From Bacteroidia bacterium (GTDB lineage Bacteria; Bacteroidota; Bacteroidia; UKL13-3): a stretch of DNA of 64,000 bases. Under the pieces are notes generated by a model. It saw only the letters and a list, made by a program, of their open reading frames with translations, had not been told where the DNA came from and ran no database searches. Location of the stretch: the NCBI GenBank assembly GCA_040403075.1, contig JBBALJ010000005.1, positions 4,948 through 68,947 on the forward strand, read 5' to 3'. Positions within the stretch are counted from its first letter, which is position 1. Each line of letters begins with the position of its first letter. Both the position numbers and the translations under genes were made by a program. Of this stretch, positions 8,801 through 19,337 are shown piece after piece.

Positions 8801-10762
8801 ATGAAAAAAATTATCATTTTTACAACCTTTGTTTGTCTTTCAATAAGGGTATTTTGTTCTCAAGTCATAGTACCTGCAGCGACCGAGGTAGTAAACCAAG
8901 GTAGCAGCTATTATAATCCATCGAATAATACAACTACCCAAATACCAATTGGCACTGGGTTGGTAGTTTATAACTTTTTATATGTCAATTTAGGCGCTGG
9001 TGATACCCTTGCAATAGATGCTACAACTTCTATAGGAGCTGGAGTATATACCCGCAATCCTTTACAAATAAGAAATATTAGCGGTACAACATTATCTCCC
9101 GTTATTATTAAAAATGTGTCTAATAAAATTGTACAAATAACCCAAGTAAACAATGGAAGTTATTATGGTCTGAATTTTAAAGGCTGCAGCAATATTAAGG
9201 TTAGCGGTTTTGATGGCAGCAGTGCGTATAATCTAAGGGTGAAAAATTTTAATAATTCTAGCGCTATGGGATTTTCTTTTGATTTGTCTCGAAATATTGA
9301 ATTAGAGTATACTGAAATAGGGTACGTTGGAGCACAAGCAATACAATTTAAATCAGGCGAAGCTGTCAATGGCAATAATGCTATTGTAGATACCGCTTAT
9401 TGCAGGCAGTTTGTAAATTTGGGAAGTCTGGGTAATGGCAAATTTCACCATAACTATATTCATGGTTGTGGGGCAGAAGGTTTTTACATTGGTTCAACTA
9501 ATTATGATAATGGCGATGGTATAGCAATAACAATTAATACCACCTTTGCCAATAGTTTACCGGTTAATAGTTTGATATATTATTATAACAATAGTTGGAG
9601 GTATTTACCTCATTTTGCTGACACCATTTTAGTTTATAACAATTGGACGGATAGCACAGGTTGGGATGGGATTCAAGTAGCAATGTCTAAGACTTACAGA
9701 GTTTATAACAATACGGTTACAAATTACGGTACAAAAAAAGATGCAAACCAAATGTATGGTATCATTATTGGTTCTCCTTCAAAGGGTGAAACGTTTAATA
9801 ATACTATAAATTCAGGAAGTGGAAGTGCATTTCAATGTTTCGGTTTGGTTAACCGCTTTTATAATAATTTTATTAGCAATGCCAATTTAAACCATAAAGA
9901 ATCAGTGTGGTGGGCAATTAATAGTATTTATTTTAATGATAAATCTTGTACTTCTCAATCATTAACTCGAATGGGTTTAACTGGTAGAAGCCAAACATTA
10001 TTTGAAGCTTCACATAATACTATAATTATGAATCAAAATGATAGTGGAAGAGCCATTATGTTTATGCAGAATTATGCTAATCAAACAGTTTCTAGATGTT
10101 ATAATAACATAGGAGTAAGTGATATTTATCCAAGCATTTTAAACAATCCAGTTATTACGTTAAATCGTGCATTGTTTATCGCTAATCCTCAACAAAATAA
10201 TTTTAGTAATACAAACAATTTTGTTTCAAGTGACATACAAACAATAAATTTCGTGAATCCAGCGGCCAATGATTATACCCTATCATGGAATACAAGTAGT
10301 ACGGTAAATCGCAGTGCATCAGCATTAACCAACTCGTCTCAAGATAATATTTGGTTAGATAAAAATGGTCGTTCTAGAAGCATTGATGCTAAAACAGGTT
10401 TAAGTTTTTCAAAGCCAAGTTATGGATGCTATGAAGTTGAGGACACAGCCAGTGGCTCCCAATTAAGCAAATCATTATCAGATAATAATTCCATTACCTT
10501 GTGGCCAAACCCAATTAATAGAAATGAGATTCAACAAATATTTGTTGCAGTTAATAATGATAAAATTAACGAAAATTCAACTTCAGCTACTATTGAATTA
10601 ATTGATATTGCAGGTAAATCTAAAATGTTTGGCGGCTCATTCATGAATGGATTATTTAAATCAATTGAAATTGACTTTAACCAGTTAAGTAAAGGTATTT
10701 ATTTTGCTAGATTGAATGTTGATGGAGTTTCAATTAGTTGCCAAAGAATTCTAATAAAATAA
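8801..10762 (+). CDS. secreted right-handed parallel beta-helix repeat protein with T9SS C-terminal sorting domain
   Basis: 653-aa ORF with a signal-like N-terminus. N/G/S/T-rich short repeats are typical of pectate-lyase-fold beta-helices. The C-terminus ITLWPNPINRNE...GIYFARLNVDGVSISCQRILIK looks like a type-A CTD. Confidence 0.6.
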   Translation: MKKIIIFTTFVCLSIRVFCSQVIVPAATEVVNQGSSYYNPSNNTTTQIPIGTGLVVYNFLYVNLGAGDTLAIDATTSIGAGVYTRNPLQIRNISGTTLSPVIIKNVSNKIVQITQVNNGSYYGLNFKGCSNIKVSGFDGSSAYNLRVKNFNNSSAMGFSFDLSRNIELEYTEIGYVGAQAIQFKSGEAVNGNNAIVDTAYCRQFVNLGSLGNGKFHHNYIHGCGAEGFYIGSTNYDNGDGIAITINTTFANSLPVNSLIYYYNNSWRYLPHFADTILVYNNWTDSTGWDGIQVAMSKTYRVYNNTVTNYGTKKDANQMYGIIIGSPSKGETFNNTINSGSGSAFQCFGLVNRFYNNFISNANLNHKESVWWAINSIYFNDKSCTSQSLTRMGLTGRSQTLFEASHNTIIMNQNDSGRAIMFMQNYANQTVSRCYNNIGVSDIYPSILNNPVITLNRALFIANPQQNNFSNTNNFVSSDIQTINFVNPAANDYTLSWNTSSTVNRSASALTNSSQDNIWLDKNGRSRSIDAKTGLSFSKPSYGCYEVEDTASGSQLSKSLSDNNSITLWPNPINRNEIQQIFVAVNNDKINENSTSATIELIDIAGKSKMFGGSFMNGLFKSIEIDFNQLSKGIYFARLNVDGVSISCQRILIK

Positions 10763-10781
10763 TGATTTAAAATTTAATATT

Positions 10782-10822
10782 AACAAACCCCTTTGCAAAT
10801 AAGCAAAAGGGGTTTGTTTATT
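10782..10822. terminator. bidirectional hairpin terminator between convergent genes
   Basis: AACAAACCCCTTTGC aaataa GCAAAAGGGGTTTGTT (one bulged A), followed by a T-rich tract. Confidence 0.7.
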
Positions 10823-10864
10823 TATATCTACAGATAACCTAAGGATTTTTTTTACGATAAGGTA

Positions 10865-12574
10865 TTAAAGATTTTGTTTATTTAATTCATCTACTGCAAA
10901 TTGACAAGCACGCGCAGTTAGTGCCATATAGGTAAGCGATGGGTTTTGACATCCACCTGAAGTCATGGCACTGCCATCAGTGATAAAAACATTTTTCACG
11001 TCATGCATTTGGTTGTGGGCATTCAATACTGATGTTTTAGGATCATTTCCCATGCGGGCAGTTCCCATTTCATGAATAGTAGTGCCAGGATTCAAATAAT
11101 CAAATGGTTTAATATTTTTAAAACCTGTTTTATCAAACATTTCAATGGCGTTTAATTGTGCATCTTTGCGCATCGCTATTTCATTTGCACCATATTCAAA
11201 TTGAATATTAACAAGGGGTAATCCCCATTGATCTTTTTTGTTTTCATCAAGCCATATTTTATTTTCAGGGTTTGGTAAACATTCGCCCCAAGCTCCCATA
11301 AACATAGTCCAAGGACCAGGAACTGTTAATTTGTTTTTAAATTCATCACCAAAGCTATCATCTTCTTTCATCACATCAGGCCATTCACTTCTTTCTGCAT
11401 CCGCTTGAAAACCGTAACCTCTTATAAAATCAGGATGTTTATTATTATCATTTAAGTTTCTAAATCTTGGAATATAAATACCTCCAGGCCTACGTCCAAC
11501 ATAGTATTTTTCTTTAAATCCATCATACTCGGCAGTCGCTCCGATTCCCTTATGATGATCCATCAAATTTTTGCCTACTTGTCCACTGCTATTGCCGAAT
11601 CCATCAGGAAAATAACTTGATTTTGAATTTAATAAAATGGCAGCTGTTGCAATTGTAGAGGCATTAATGAATATGATTTTTGCAAAGAATTCTGAAATTT
11701 CTTTTGTTAATTCATCTATAATTCTAACACCTTTGGCCTTTTTTGTATTCGGATCATAAATTATTTCTTGCACAATAGCATGAGGTCTAAGGGTTAAGTT
11801 ACCAGTAGCATTGGCCGCAGGTAATGAAGCTGAATTACTACTAAAATAACCACTATAAGGGCAACCTCGGCTACACAAATTACGATATTGACAGGGTCCT
11901 CTTCCTTTATAGCCTTTGGTTAAATTGGCTAAACGCGACATGATAACCCAACGTTCATCATAATTCTTTTTAATGGACTCTGCAAAATGTTGTTCAAGGC
12001 AATTCATCTCCATAGCAGGTAAATAATCACCATGAGGTAAATGAGGAACTGAATCTGCATTGCCACTGACGCCAATAAAATCTTCAGCATATTTATACCA
12101 AGGCTCCAAGTCTTTGTATCTGATAGGCCAATCAACACCATAACCATCTTTTGCATTTGCTTCAAAATCCAAATCACTTAACCTATAAACCTGCCTTCCC
12201 CAAGTTAATGAACGGCCACCTACTTGATAACCTCTAATCCAATAGAAAGGTTTATGCTGGATATATGGATGCTCTTGATCATTAACATAAAATGGTCTGC
12301 TACCAGGATTATAACTGAAGCTTTGAATGGGGTTTGTGGCTTTATCTTCATCAGTTAACTCCATCCTGTTTTCAAATTCCCATGGATGTTTCATAGCATT
12401 TGTATAATCAATTCCATGCTTTACATCCCTACCTCTTTCAAGTACCAATGTTTTTAATCCTTTTTCACAAAGTTCTTTTGCAGCATAACCACCCGTAATA
12501 CCACTTCCAATAACAATAGCGTCATAGGTATTGAGTGCTTTTGATTTTAAATGTATGTTTAATGAATCGCTCAT
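10865..12574 (-). CDS. GMC-family FAD-dependent oxidoreductase (gluconate 2-dehydrogenase flavoprotein-like)
   Basis: 569-aa ORF. FAD motif DAIVIGSGITGGYAA. C-terminal GMC blocks HEMGTARMG and ITDGSAM. Confidence 0.85.
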   Translation of the reverse strand: MSDSLNIHLKSKALNTYDAIVIGSGITGGYAAKELCEKGLKTLVLERGRDVKHGIDYTNAMKHPWEFENRMELTDEDKATNPIQSFSYNPGSRPFYVNDQEHPYIQHKPFYWIRGYQVGGRSLTWGRQVYRLSDLDFEANAKDGYGVDWPIRYKDLEPWYKYAEDFIGVSGNADSVPHLPHGDYLPAMEMNCLEQHFAESIKKNYDERWVIMSRLANLTKGYKGRGPCQYRNLCSRGCPYSGYFSSNSASLPAANATGNLTLRPHAIVQEIIYDPNTKKAKGVRIIDELTKEISEFFAKIIFINASTIATAAILLNSKSSYFPDGFGNSSGQVGKNLMDHHKGIGATAEYDGFKEKYYVGRRPGGIYIPRFRNLNDNNKHPDFIRGYGFQADAERSEWPDVMKEDDSFGDEFKNKLTVPGPWTMFMGAWGECLPNPENKIWLDENKKDQWGLPLVNIQFEYGANEIAMRKDAQLNAIEMFDKTGFKNIKPFDYLNPGTTIHEMGTARMGNDPKTSVLNAHNQMHDVKNVFITDGSAMTSGGCQNPSLTYMALTARACQFAVDELNKQNL

Positions 12575-12580
12575 ATTCTC

Positions 12581-13156
12581 TTATTTAGTAGCCCAAGATT
12601 TTTGCCCTCTCACATAATCACTGCAAGCTATAAACTTGGTTGGTACATAGTCGTAAGCCAATCCCTGTTGTGCGCCAATAATTGATGTACAATAACCTAT
12701 GGTGGTGGTTTCTCTTAGAATGGTGAAGAAGGGTTTTCCAAGTAATTTGCTTTGAATTTTTTCGACTTTTGAATTAAAAGACTTGGCTTGATTTTGAAAG
12801 TGTTTAAGCACTTCTGATTGTTGAGATTTGTCTAATTTAGAAAATTCTTGGTTGAATTTACTTTGGGAATAATCCTGCAAATCTTTTAAACCATTAATGA
12901 AATTGTTTTTATGTTTAACATCTCTCGATTGAGCAATGGAATAAATAACATATTCATGAACCATGGCCATTTTAGCCCCTGGACTATCAGATTTGGGTAT
13001 GATGGCTTCGCACAAGTCTGCAATAAGTTCTTTGTTTTTCTCTAGATAATTTATATCAGGTGTAGCGCTTGATTTAAAGAATTTAAATCCATAATAAGAA
13101 GCCAATGAACCAACACCTAAAATGGCAATAGAACCAATAAATTTTTTCCTATTCAT
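12581..13156 (-). CDS. gluconate 2-dehydrogenase subunit 3-family protein (small partner of the GMC flavoprotein)
   Basis: 191-aa ORF. N-terminal MNRKKFIGSIAILGVGSLA is a Tat-like signal. It ends 6 nt before the GMC gene, which is the usual pairing. Confidence 0.65.
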   Translation of the reverse strand: MNRKKFIGSIAILGVGSLASYYGFKFFKSSATPDINYLEKNKELIADLCEAIIPKSDSPGAKMAMVHEYVIYSIAQSRDVKHKNNFINGLKDLQDYSQSKFNQEFSKLDKSQQSEVLKHFQNQAKSFNSKVEKIQSKLLGKPFFTILRETTTIGYCTSIIGAQQGLAYDYVPTKFIACSDYVRGQKSWATK

Positions 13157-13375
13157 TTGTCGACTTTAAAATTTGTAAGCGCAATTTATAAATACTAGTT
13201 AATTTTTTTTAAATCTTTTTACCTGGTATTTCAATTGAATTGTTAATTTGATTTAAAAGATTATCTTTTTTGTCAACTTCGAAAAAAGTATAAATAAGTT
13301 ATTTATTAGGCATCCTTTTTAGTGGTTTATAGAGTTTTTATAAAATAAATAAAAGATTCAATGTGTTCAGTAATT

Positions 13376-14821
13376 TTACTTGGCAATTTCTTTTACTGTA
13401 TCTTCATTTTCTTCCTTTTCCCATTTTATGCATACAAACATATACACCATGGTCATATACATAACAATACTAGTTGGGAATTGACCAAAAACCTGATTAC
13501 CATAGCTGGCACATAAAATTCCAAAATACCCACAAACCAGAGCCATCATTTTCTGTCTTGTATCAGGGTTTTTTATTCTGAAGCAATTTACAATTCCCAC
13601 AATTAATACAATGAGTATATGAATAATATGTATGACTAATCCGATAATACCTGTTTCAACCCAAATTTTTACATACCAACTATCCAAAGCAATCCCACTT
13701 AAAAACCTTCCAGGGTAAAATCTTTCACCAAATCCTGCACCACTTCCAATACCTCCACCCAAAGGTCGCGATTTTAAATAAGCTCTTAACAATTTTTGGT
13801 TGTCAAGCCTTACCTGCAATGAAGCATCATTTGGGTCTAATGCTGTTCTCATTCTATATATTTGATAATTTGTATTGCCAATGGTTGTGAATTTTAGGAA
13901 GGCAAATGCTAGAAATCCAATGGTGGCACCAATAACTAATACCTTGAAATTACGTATTAAGAATAGGTATAAAAATCCTCCTGAAGCCAATACAAATAAT
14001 GGCCCGCGACTACCTGACATTGCGTATCCCCAAAAAGTAATGGCTGCTATGATTCCCCATCTAATTTTTGCTTTTTTCTCATAAGGACCAACTGCCATTA
14101 ATAGACAAAATAAACATGCCTCAGCCATAGCTGCACCAAATTGGCCAGCATCACTAAAAAAAGAAAAAATCCTTAATCTACCCTGAATAAAGTGTGTAAT
14201 CTTTCCTCCATCATCTAGCCATTTTTGTTCGCCTGCTGTTAATCCAATATAACTCATCTTGAAGGCATATAAGGCGGCTATCAATGACCATGTGATCCAA
14301 ATTTTTATGAAGCCATCCAAATCTTTTTTCTTATTGGCCCACATTAGCGTCAAGGGTATTACCATTATTTGATATAAAGCTATTCCCCTTCCTGAATAAA
14401 ACCATGCCTCTTTGCTGGTAGCCTCAGGATTTACCAATTCCAACAATGCATAGGAAAACCACATCAAAGACATATAAAAAACCCAACTATTAGCTGAGCC
14501 TTTATTTGATTTAAAAATTCCACCAATTAAAGAAAGCATTAAAACACTATCTACTCCCAGTCCAAATGGAATATCAGGTGAAATAAAGCGTTGTAGACCA
14601 TTAGAAAAAAAACTATAATGAAAGGTAATTAATAGCCCTAATTTAGGATTTTTAAAAATCATTCCAATAAGGGTAATGACAAAAGGAAGTGCAACTAAAA
14701 TTCCACCTAAGGCAATTCCATATACTGACAGCGCATATCCTAAACCTACGGCCAATAATAGCACCATGATATAATTAATTATATCCTTTTTAATGCTATT
14801 TTCCCCATTTATTTCACTCAT
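13376..14821 (-). CDS. O-antigen ligase / polymerase-like polytopic membrane protein
   Basis: 481-aa ORF with ten or more hydrophobic spans. YAMSGSRGPLFVL resembles the Wzy_C/O-antigen ligase motif. Its start abuts the stop of the upstream gene with 0-nt spacing. Confidence 0.6.
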   Translation of the reverse strand: MSEINGENSIKKDIINYIMVLLLAVGLGYALSVYGIALGGILVALPFVITLIGMIFKNPKLGLLITFHYSFFSNGLQRFISPDIPFGLGVDSVLMLSLIGGIFKSNKGSANSWVFYMSLMWFSYALLELVNPEATSKEAWFYSGRGIALYQIMVIPLTLMWANKKKDLDGFIKIWITWSLIAALYAFKMSYIGLTAGEQKWLDDGGKITHFIQGRLRIFSFFSDAGQFGAAMAEACLFCLLMAVGPYEKKAKIRWGIIAAITFWGYAMSGSRGPLFVLASGGFLYLFLIRNFKVLVIGATIGFLAFAFLKFTTIGNTNYQIYRMRTALDPNDASLQVRLDNQKLLRAYLKSRPLGGGIGSGAGFGERFYPGRFLSGIALDSWYVKIWVETGIIGLVIHIIHILIVLIVGIVNCFRIKNPDTRQKMMALVCGYFGILCASYGNQVFGQFPTSIVMYMTMVYMFVCIKWEKEENEDTVKEIAK

Positions 14822-17029
14822 TTAATACCTGTCGCCCCCCATCAATAATTTCATTTTCCTTCTAATCATTGATCTTTTTTTAGGAATTTCGCCATATATA
14901 CCTTCTAGCGAATCAACATCAACATGGTTGATTAAAACCTTGGTGCCTTTTGGTCTAACTTTTTCGTATTCATTTAGTATTTGTTTGTCGCTTGTTGCCC
15001 ATGTTTTCTGGGCGTGCACCACCAATATAGATACATCAGATTTTTCAATCAATTCAAAAGGTACTGGGTATTGGTTTAAATTCGGAATTTCAATAATGGT
15101 ATAAGAAACATCTTCTTTTACATAATCTAAATTTTGGGCTATTAATTGTTCTACTTCATCTGCGTCTACCACATTATCTTGAATACTATATTTATAACTA
15201 ATGAGCTTACTGTTTTTATAAATATCTTTTCCTTCATGTCCTGAAGAAGTTTCTGGATAAAGGTAAAATACATTTTTTCTAATATTGATTAGTTTTTGCG
15301 CTAAGGCTTCTGCAAAATAGGTTTTGCCTTGCTTCTGTCTTGTACTTATCAAGGTAATAACAAAATTCTTTTTTTCTTTTGAAGCTTCACCCCGCTTGAT
15401 ATCAATGAAAATACTATTCACAATTCTTTGCATCAAATTATTGTGGATATTTTGATGTGCCTCGTTTGTTGTTTTTAAATTCAACTCAGGCAAGGCACTC
15501 AGCAAAGGTATACCTGTTAGGTTTTCTACTTTCTCCGGGAAACGAATGGATTTATTGCTTATCTCTTTTGTAATTAAGAATGATAAGACCAAAACAAATC
15601 CGCCAATAAAGGAAACTAATATAAGTAAACCCCTTGATGAAGGTTGAGCTCTTAATGGGTAGAAAGGAGAATCTACCAATTTCAAATTATTACTTACCTC
15701 TATATTTTGTTGACGCAGTTTAGCTAAATTTAATCCATGCAATACAGATAAATATTCTTTTTCAGCCACGCTTACTTCTCTTTCCATCCTGCTAATAGTT
15801 GATCCCATTGGAGCATATTCCTTATAGATGCCATCATACTGTTTTAAGCGACTTTCATACACCATTAATCTGCCATTTGATTCTTCAACTAAGATCATTT
15901 TGCTAAGCCATTCTTCTAATAAACTTTTTTGAGGAATCCATTCAATTGAATTGTTTAAATTGAAAAAATCACGTGCCCTTTCTTTGAGTTTTAATTTAAT
16001 ATTTTCTGCCTCATCTTCCATTTCACCTATTTTTTCAGGAGCCAATCTGTATATGCGGGCATTTGTAATTTTATAGTTGATGTTGGCTAAATCCTGTCTT
16101 ATTGAAACTAAACCCTCATTGTTATTAACCACATCAGTGTAGGTTGACATTTTCTCTTCAAGCCTCTTAAGAGCACTTTGAGCAGCCTCATGTCCCATTT
16201 TTTCTTTATAATAATCAGTGGTTAAATCCTCTTTACTTTCAGCAACGAATTTGGCTTGTTCGTAATAATTAATTACTCGATTGTTAACCCCAAATTCGAG
16301 TAATTTATTTTCACTTCCTTGCAATCCTCTGAAGGCAATTTTTAGTTGTTCTTCAAAATATTTTACAACATTACTGGTTTCAGAACCTTTAATTCCTTTG
16401 TATCTTCTTGAAAAGGCTTGTGTTAAAAATATAAGGGTATGTTGGCAAACACCAGGGTCGGTGGTTGAAAAGGTCAATTCCAAAATATCTGAACTTTGTT
16501 TACGGGCAGCAGAAATTTTGCCTAATATGCCTGCAATGCTATAATAACTGCCTGGCTCAGTTAGTATAAAAACCAATTTATTTTTATTTGATTCTTCTTT
16601 GAATTTTCTCAATTTATCGTAGGTTTTCTCCACACTGCCTTTAACTACAAATTGTTTTCTCTCATCATCTGTTAACAAATCTCTTAAAGCTTCAAATCCT
16701 TTTTCATCTAATATGTTTGGATCTGGTCTTTCTAATACAAGATGTTGTGCCAATAATTTTAATGCTACCTCTTCAATGGTTTCTCTGGACTTAACCATAT
16801 TGATTAAATTGTCAAATGCATTGTTAATTTGGAAATTATCAATTTTTGTATCTCCATCATCAGTAATGCTATATCCTGAGGCAATACCCGTATAAACTGT
16901 TGCAGAACTAAGATATTCTCTTGGAATATTGCGAGTGAAATAAAAAACAGATATGGCTAATACCAGAGGAAATAGCATAAGCCACTTAAAATTTTTTAAT
17001 ATGATCCTAAAAAATATAATTAAATTCAT
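14822..17029 (-). CDS. Wzz/GumC/Wzc-like polysaccharide chain-length determinant with a degenerate C-terminal P-loop domain
   Basis: 735-aa ORF. N-terminal TM, a long coiled-coil periplasmic region, a second TM (GLLILVSFIGGFVLVLSFLI), then a ~230-aa domain with the Walker-A-like segment TRQKQGKT. Confidence 0.7.
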   Translation of the reverse strand: MNLIIFFRIILKNFKWLMLFPLVLAISVFYFTRNIPREYLSSATVYTGIASGYSITDDGDTKIDNFQINNAFDNLINMVKSRETIEEVALKLLAQHLVLERPDPNILDEKGFEALRDLLTDDERKQFVVKGSVEKTYDKLRKFKEESNKNKLVFILTEPGSYYSIAGILGKISAARKQSSDILELTFSTTDPGVCQHTLIFLTQAFSRRYKGIKGSETSNVVKYFEEQLKIAFRGLQGSENKLLEFGVNNRVINYYEQAKFVAESKEDLTTDYYKEKMGHEAAQSALKRLEEKMSTYTDVVNNNEGLVSIRQDLANINYKITNARIYRLAPEKIGEMEDEAENIKLKLKERARDFFNLNNSIEWIPQKSLLEEWLSKMILVEESNGRLMVYESRLKQYDGIYKEYAPMGSTISRMEREVSVAEKEYLSVLHGLNLAKLRQQNIEVSNNLKLVDSPFYPLRAQPSSRGLLILVSFIGGFVLVLSFLITKEISNKSIRFPEKVENLTGIPLLSALPELNLKTTNEAHQNIHNNLMQRIVNSIFIDIKRGEASKEKKNFVITLISTRQKQGKTYFAEALAQKLINIRKNVFYLYPETSSGHEGKDIYKNSKLISYKYSIQDNVVDADEVEQLIAQNLDYVKEDVSYTIIEIPNLNQYPVPFELIEKSDVSILVVHAQKTWATSDKQILNEYEKVRPKGTKVLINHVDVDSLEGIYGEIPKKRSMIRRKMKLLMGGDRY

Positions 17030-17883
17030 CAGTTCTTTTTCTCTACTTTTTTCTTTTTAAAATTACTCAAACTGCATCCTAATAATGTTTCGAATTGATT
17101 ATAGCTAATCATATAATCACGCCTACTCACTTCTAAATTTACATCCGCTATTGATTGAATATTTCTCAATCTTGATAAATCAGAAGGCATGATTTTTCCT
17201 CTTTTCATTTCGTATTCTGCAATACTCACAGTTATACCAGCACTTTCAGCATCTGCTTGTTTTATTTTTACCAACCTTTGATTGGCAATTAGGTTATAAT
17301 AATCAGCAATAACTTTTCTTTTCAATTCAATTAATGCTTCTGCACGCTTTTGCTTAGCCATTTCTACTTCAGCTTGCAATGATTTTAGCCTACTTTTTCT
17401 ACCATAAATCTCACCTAAGAAAAACTGAACATTGACCCCAAATCTATAGCCTACACCTAAATTGTTAGATAATTGTTGATCTGTATTAGTACTTGTTACT
17501 AGGGATGTGAATTGGTTACCATATGTATAATTATAAAATAGTCCAATTCCATTAAGCCAAAGAGAACTGATATATTTTCTATTATATTTCGATTTATCTC
17601 CTTCAGCTTCAATCATTTTTAATGTTGGTGAGTATTTGCAGACATAATTCAATATTGAATCTATAGGCATTATTTGATCTATCAAGTCAAGATTTGGGTC
17701 GAAGCTAATTGTATCTATAATGGCTATTACAGCTTTTTTTGAGCTTGTATCCACCACAATACTATCTGTTTTGCTTTTTACATTATTGTTAAATTGTTGA
17801 CCAAAACCTTTGAAGGCAAGGCAAGCCATAACAATGATTAATATGATAGCTTTAGTTGTTTTCAATTTTAGATTTTTTACCAA
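17029..17883 (-). CDS. putative outer-membrane protein, half-size TolC-like
   Basis: 284-aa ORF with TTG start. Signal-like N-terminus. Alternating beta segments (GVGYRFGVNVQFFLG) are followed by long helical heptad-like segments (LQAEVEMAKQKRAEALIELKRKVIADYYNLIANQ). Its stop overlaps the next start (ATGA). Confidence 0.4.
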   Translation of the reverse strand: MVKNLKLKTTKAIILIIVMACLAFKGFGQQFNNNVKSKTDSIVVDTSSKKAVIAIIDTISFDPNLDLIDQIMPIDSILNYVCKYSPTLKMIEAEGDKSKYNRKYISSLWLNGIGLFYNYTYGNQFTSLVTSTNTDQQLSNNLGVGYRFGVNVQFFLGEIYGRKSRLKSLQAEVEMAKQKRAEALIELKRKVIADYYNLIANQRLVKIKQADAESAGITVSIAEYEMKRGKIMPSDLSRLRNIQSIADVNLEVSRRDYMISYNQFETLLGCSLSNFKKKKVEKKN

Positions 17884-18049
17884 TTCAAAGCAAACCTAAA
17901 ACTGCGACATTGATTAACTCGTTTACAACAAATGAATTGTTTATAGATGGCTTATTGTCCACTCAAATATTCATCCCCCCGATAATAAAAATAAAATGTA
18001 AATCTAAAGCTATTATTTACTTTCGTAGCATCATTACAAGAAATAATAA

Positions 18050-19306
18050 ATGAAATTAGGAATCCTGTTTAATCAAGTTACAGAAAGTGCAACGGCTGCT
18101 CTCCAAGCATTGAACGCAAACAGGATGCGTACTTTTTTGTCAACATTGGGCGTAACCATTGGCATCTTTTGCATTATAATGGTTCTTACCATAGTTGAAA
18201 GTTTAGAAATTAACCTTCAAACCAGTGTTGAGAGTTTGGGTAAAGATGTGGTTTTTGTTGAGAAATGGCCTTGGGAGTTTGGCCCTGATTATAAATGGTG
18301 GAAATACATGAAGCGCCCTAATCCAACATTAAATGAATTAAAATCCATACAAGAGAAATCGGAAAACAAATACCCTAGTATCTTGACGGTAGATTTGGGT
18401 GGTAAGTTTGTAAAGTTTGGAAATAATTCTGCTAGTGGAGTTAATATTCAAGGAGTATCTCATTTATATAATGTAGTTAGAAACTTTGATTTTATTAGTG
18501 GACGATATTTTACAGAAGCAGAAAGTAACAATGGAAATGATGTTTGCTTAATAGGTAGCGATGTCTTTTCGACTTTATTCCCAAGTATTCAAGCTTTAGG
18601 TCAGCATATTCAAATTGATGGTAAAAAATATGAAGTAATCGGGGTGTTTAAAAAGGAAGGAGAAAGCCTAATTGGCAATAGCCTCGACAATGTAATTGTT
18701 ATACCAGTAGGCAGTGCTGCGAAAATTGTAAGAATCAATAGCGATAGAGCAAACAGCCGAATACATGTAAAAGCTACCCAAGCCAAAAGTATGGATGAAG
18801 TAGAAAATGAATTGAGAGGTATTATGCGATCCCTTCGTAAAATTCACCCCGGTCAGGATGAAAATTTTGCGCTAAATAAAACCACATTAATAAGTGAACC
18901 ACTGAAACAAACCTTTGCGGTAGTGAGCATGGGTGGTTGGATTATAGGAGGCTTTGCTATGTTAGTAGGAGGTTTTGGTATTGCCAACATAATGTTTGTT
19001 TCAGTAAAAGAAAGAACCAATCAGATCGGAATAAAGAAATCTTTAGGTGCTAAGAATTATTTTATATTGATTGAGTTTTTAACAGAAGCCATTCTATTAT
19101 GCGTTTTCGGAGGGATAGTAGGTATCTCCATTGTATATATGTTAACTTTAATTATCCAACATACGGTTGAGTTTAATGTATTTCTTACTTCCAAAAACGT
19201 AATAACTGGTTTGTTGGTGAGTATTATTATCGGCACTATCTCTGGATTTTTGCCGGCATGGTCTGCATCTAAACTGAATCCAGTGGATGCAATCAGAAGT
19301 AAATAA
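18050..19306 (+). CDS. ABC transporter permease, FtsX/MacB-like
   Basis: 418-aa ORF. One N-terminal TM, a large periplasmic domain, then three C-terminal TMs. Conserved blocks ERTNQIGIKKSLGA and PAWSASKLNPVDAIR. No ATPase gene is adjacent. Confidence 0.85.
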   Translation: MKLGILFNQVTESATAALQALNANRMRTFLSTLGVTIGIFCIIMVLTIVESLEINLQTSVESLGKDVVFVEKWPWEFGPDYKWWKYMKRPNPTLNELKSIQEKSENKYPSILTVDLGGKFVKFGNNSASGVNIQGVSHLYNVVRNFDFISGRYFTEAESNNGNDVCLIGSDVFSTLFPSIQALGQHIQIDGKKYEVIGVFKKEGESLIGNSLDNVIVIPVGSAAKIVRINSDRANSRIHVKATQAKSMDEVENELRGIMRSLRKIHPGQDENFALNKTTLISEPLKQTFAVVSMGGWIIGGFAMLVGGFGIANIMFVSVKERTNQIGIKKSLGAKNYFILIEFLTEAILLCVFGGIVGISIVYMLTLIIQHTVEFNVFLTSKNVITGLLVSIIIGTISGFLPAWSASKLNPVDAIRSK

Positions 19307-19309
19307 AAA

Positions 19310-19331
19310 AGGCTGAGTAAAAACCCAGCCT
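19310..19331. terminator. possible bidirectional hairpin between convergent genes
   Basis: AGGCTG agtaaaaacc CAGCCT, flanked by an A-run and ttcgtttta. Confidence 0.4.
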
Positions 19332-19337
19332 TTCGTT

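Noticed and set aside
13233-13247. 15-nt string aattgaattgttaat shared with 20083-20097, both upstream of minus-strand gene starts
   Set aside because: My rough estimate for a 64-kb window of this base composition gives on the order of ten chance 15-mer matches. The string is AT-rich and too short to call a motif without more copies.
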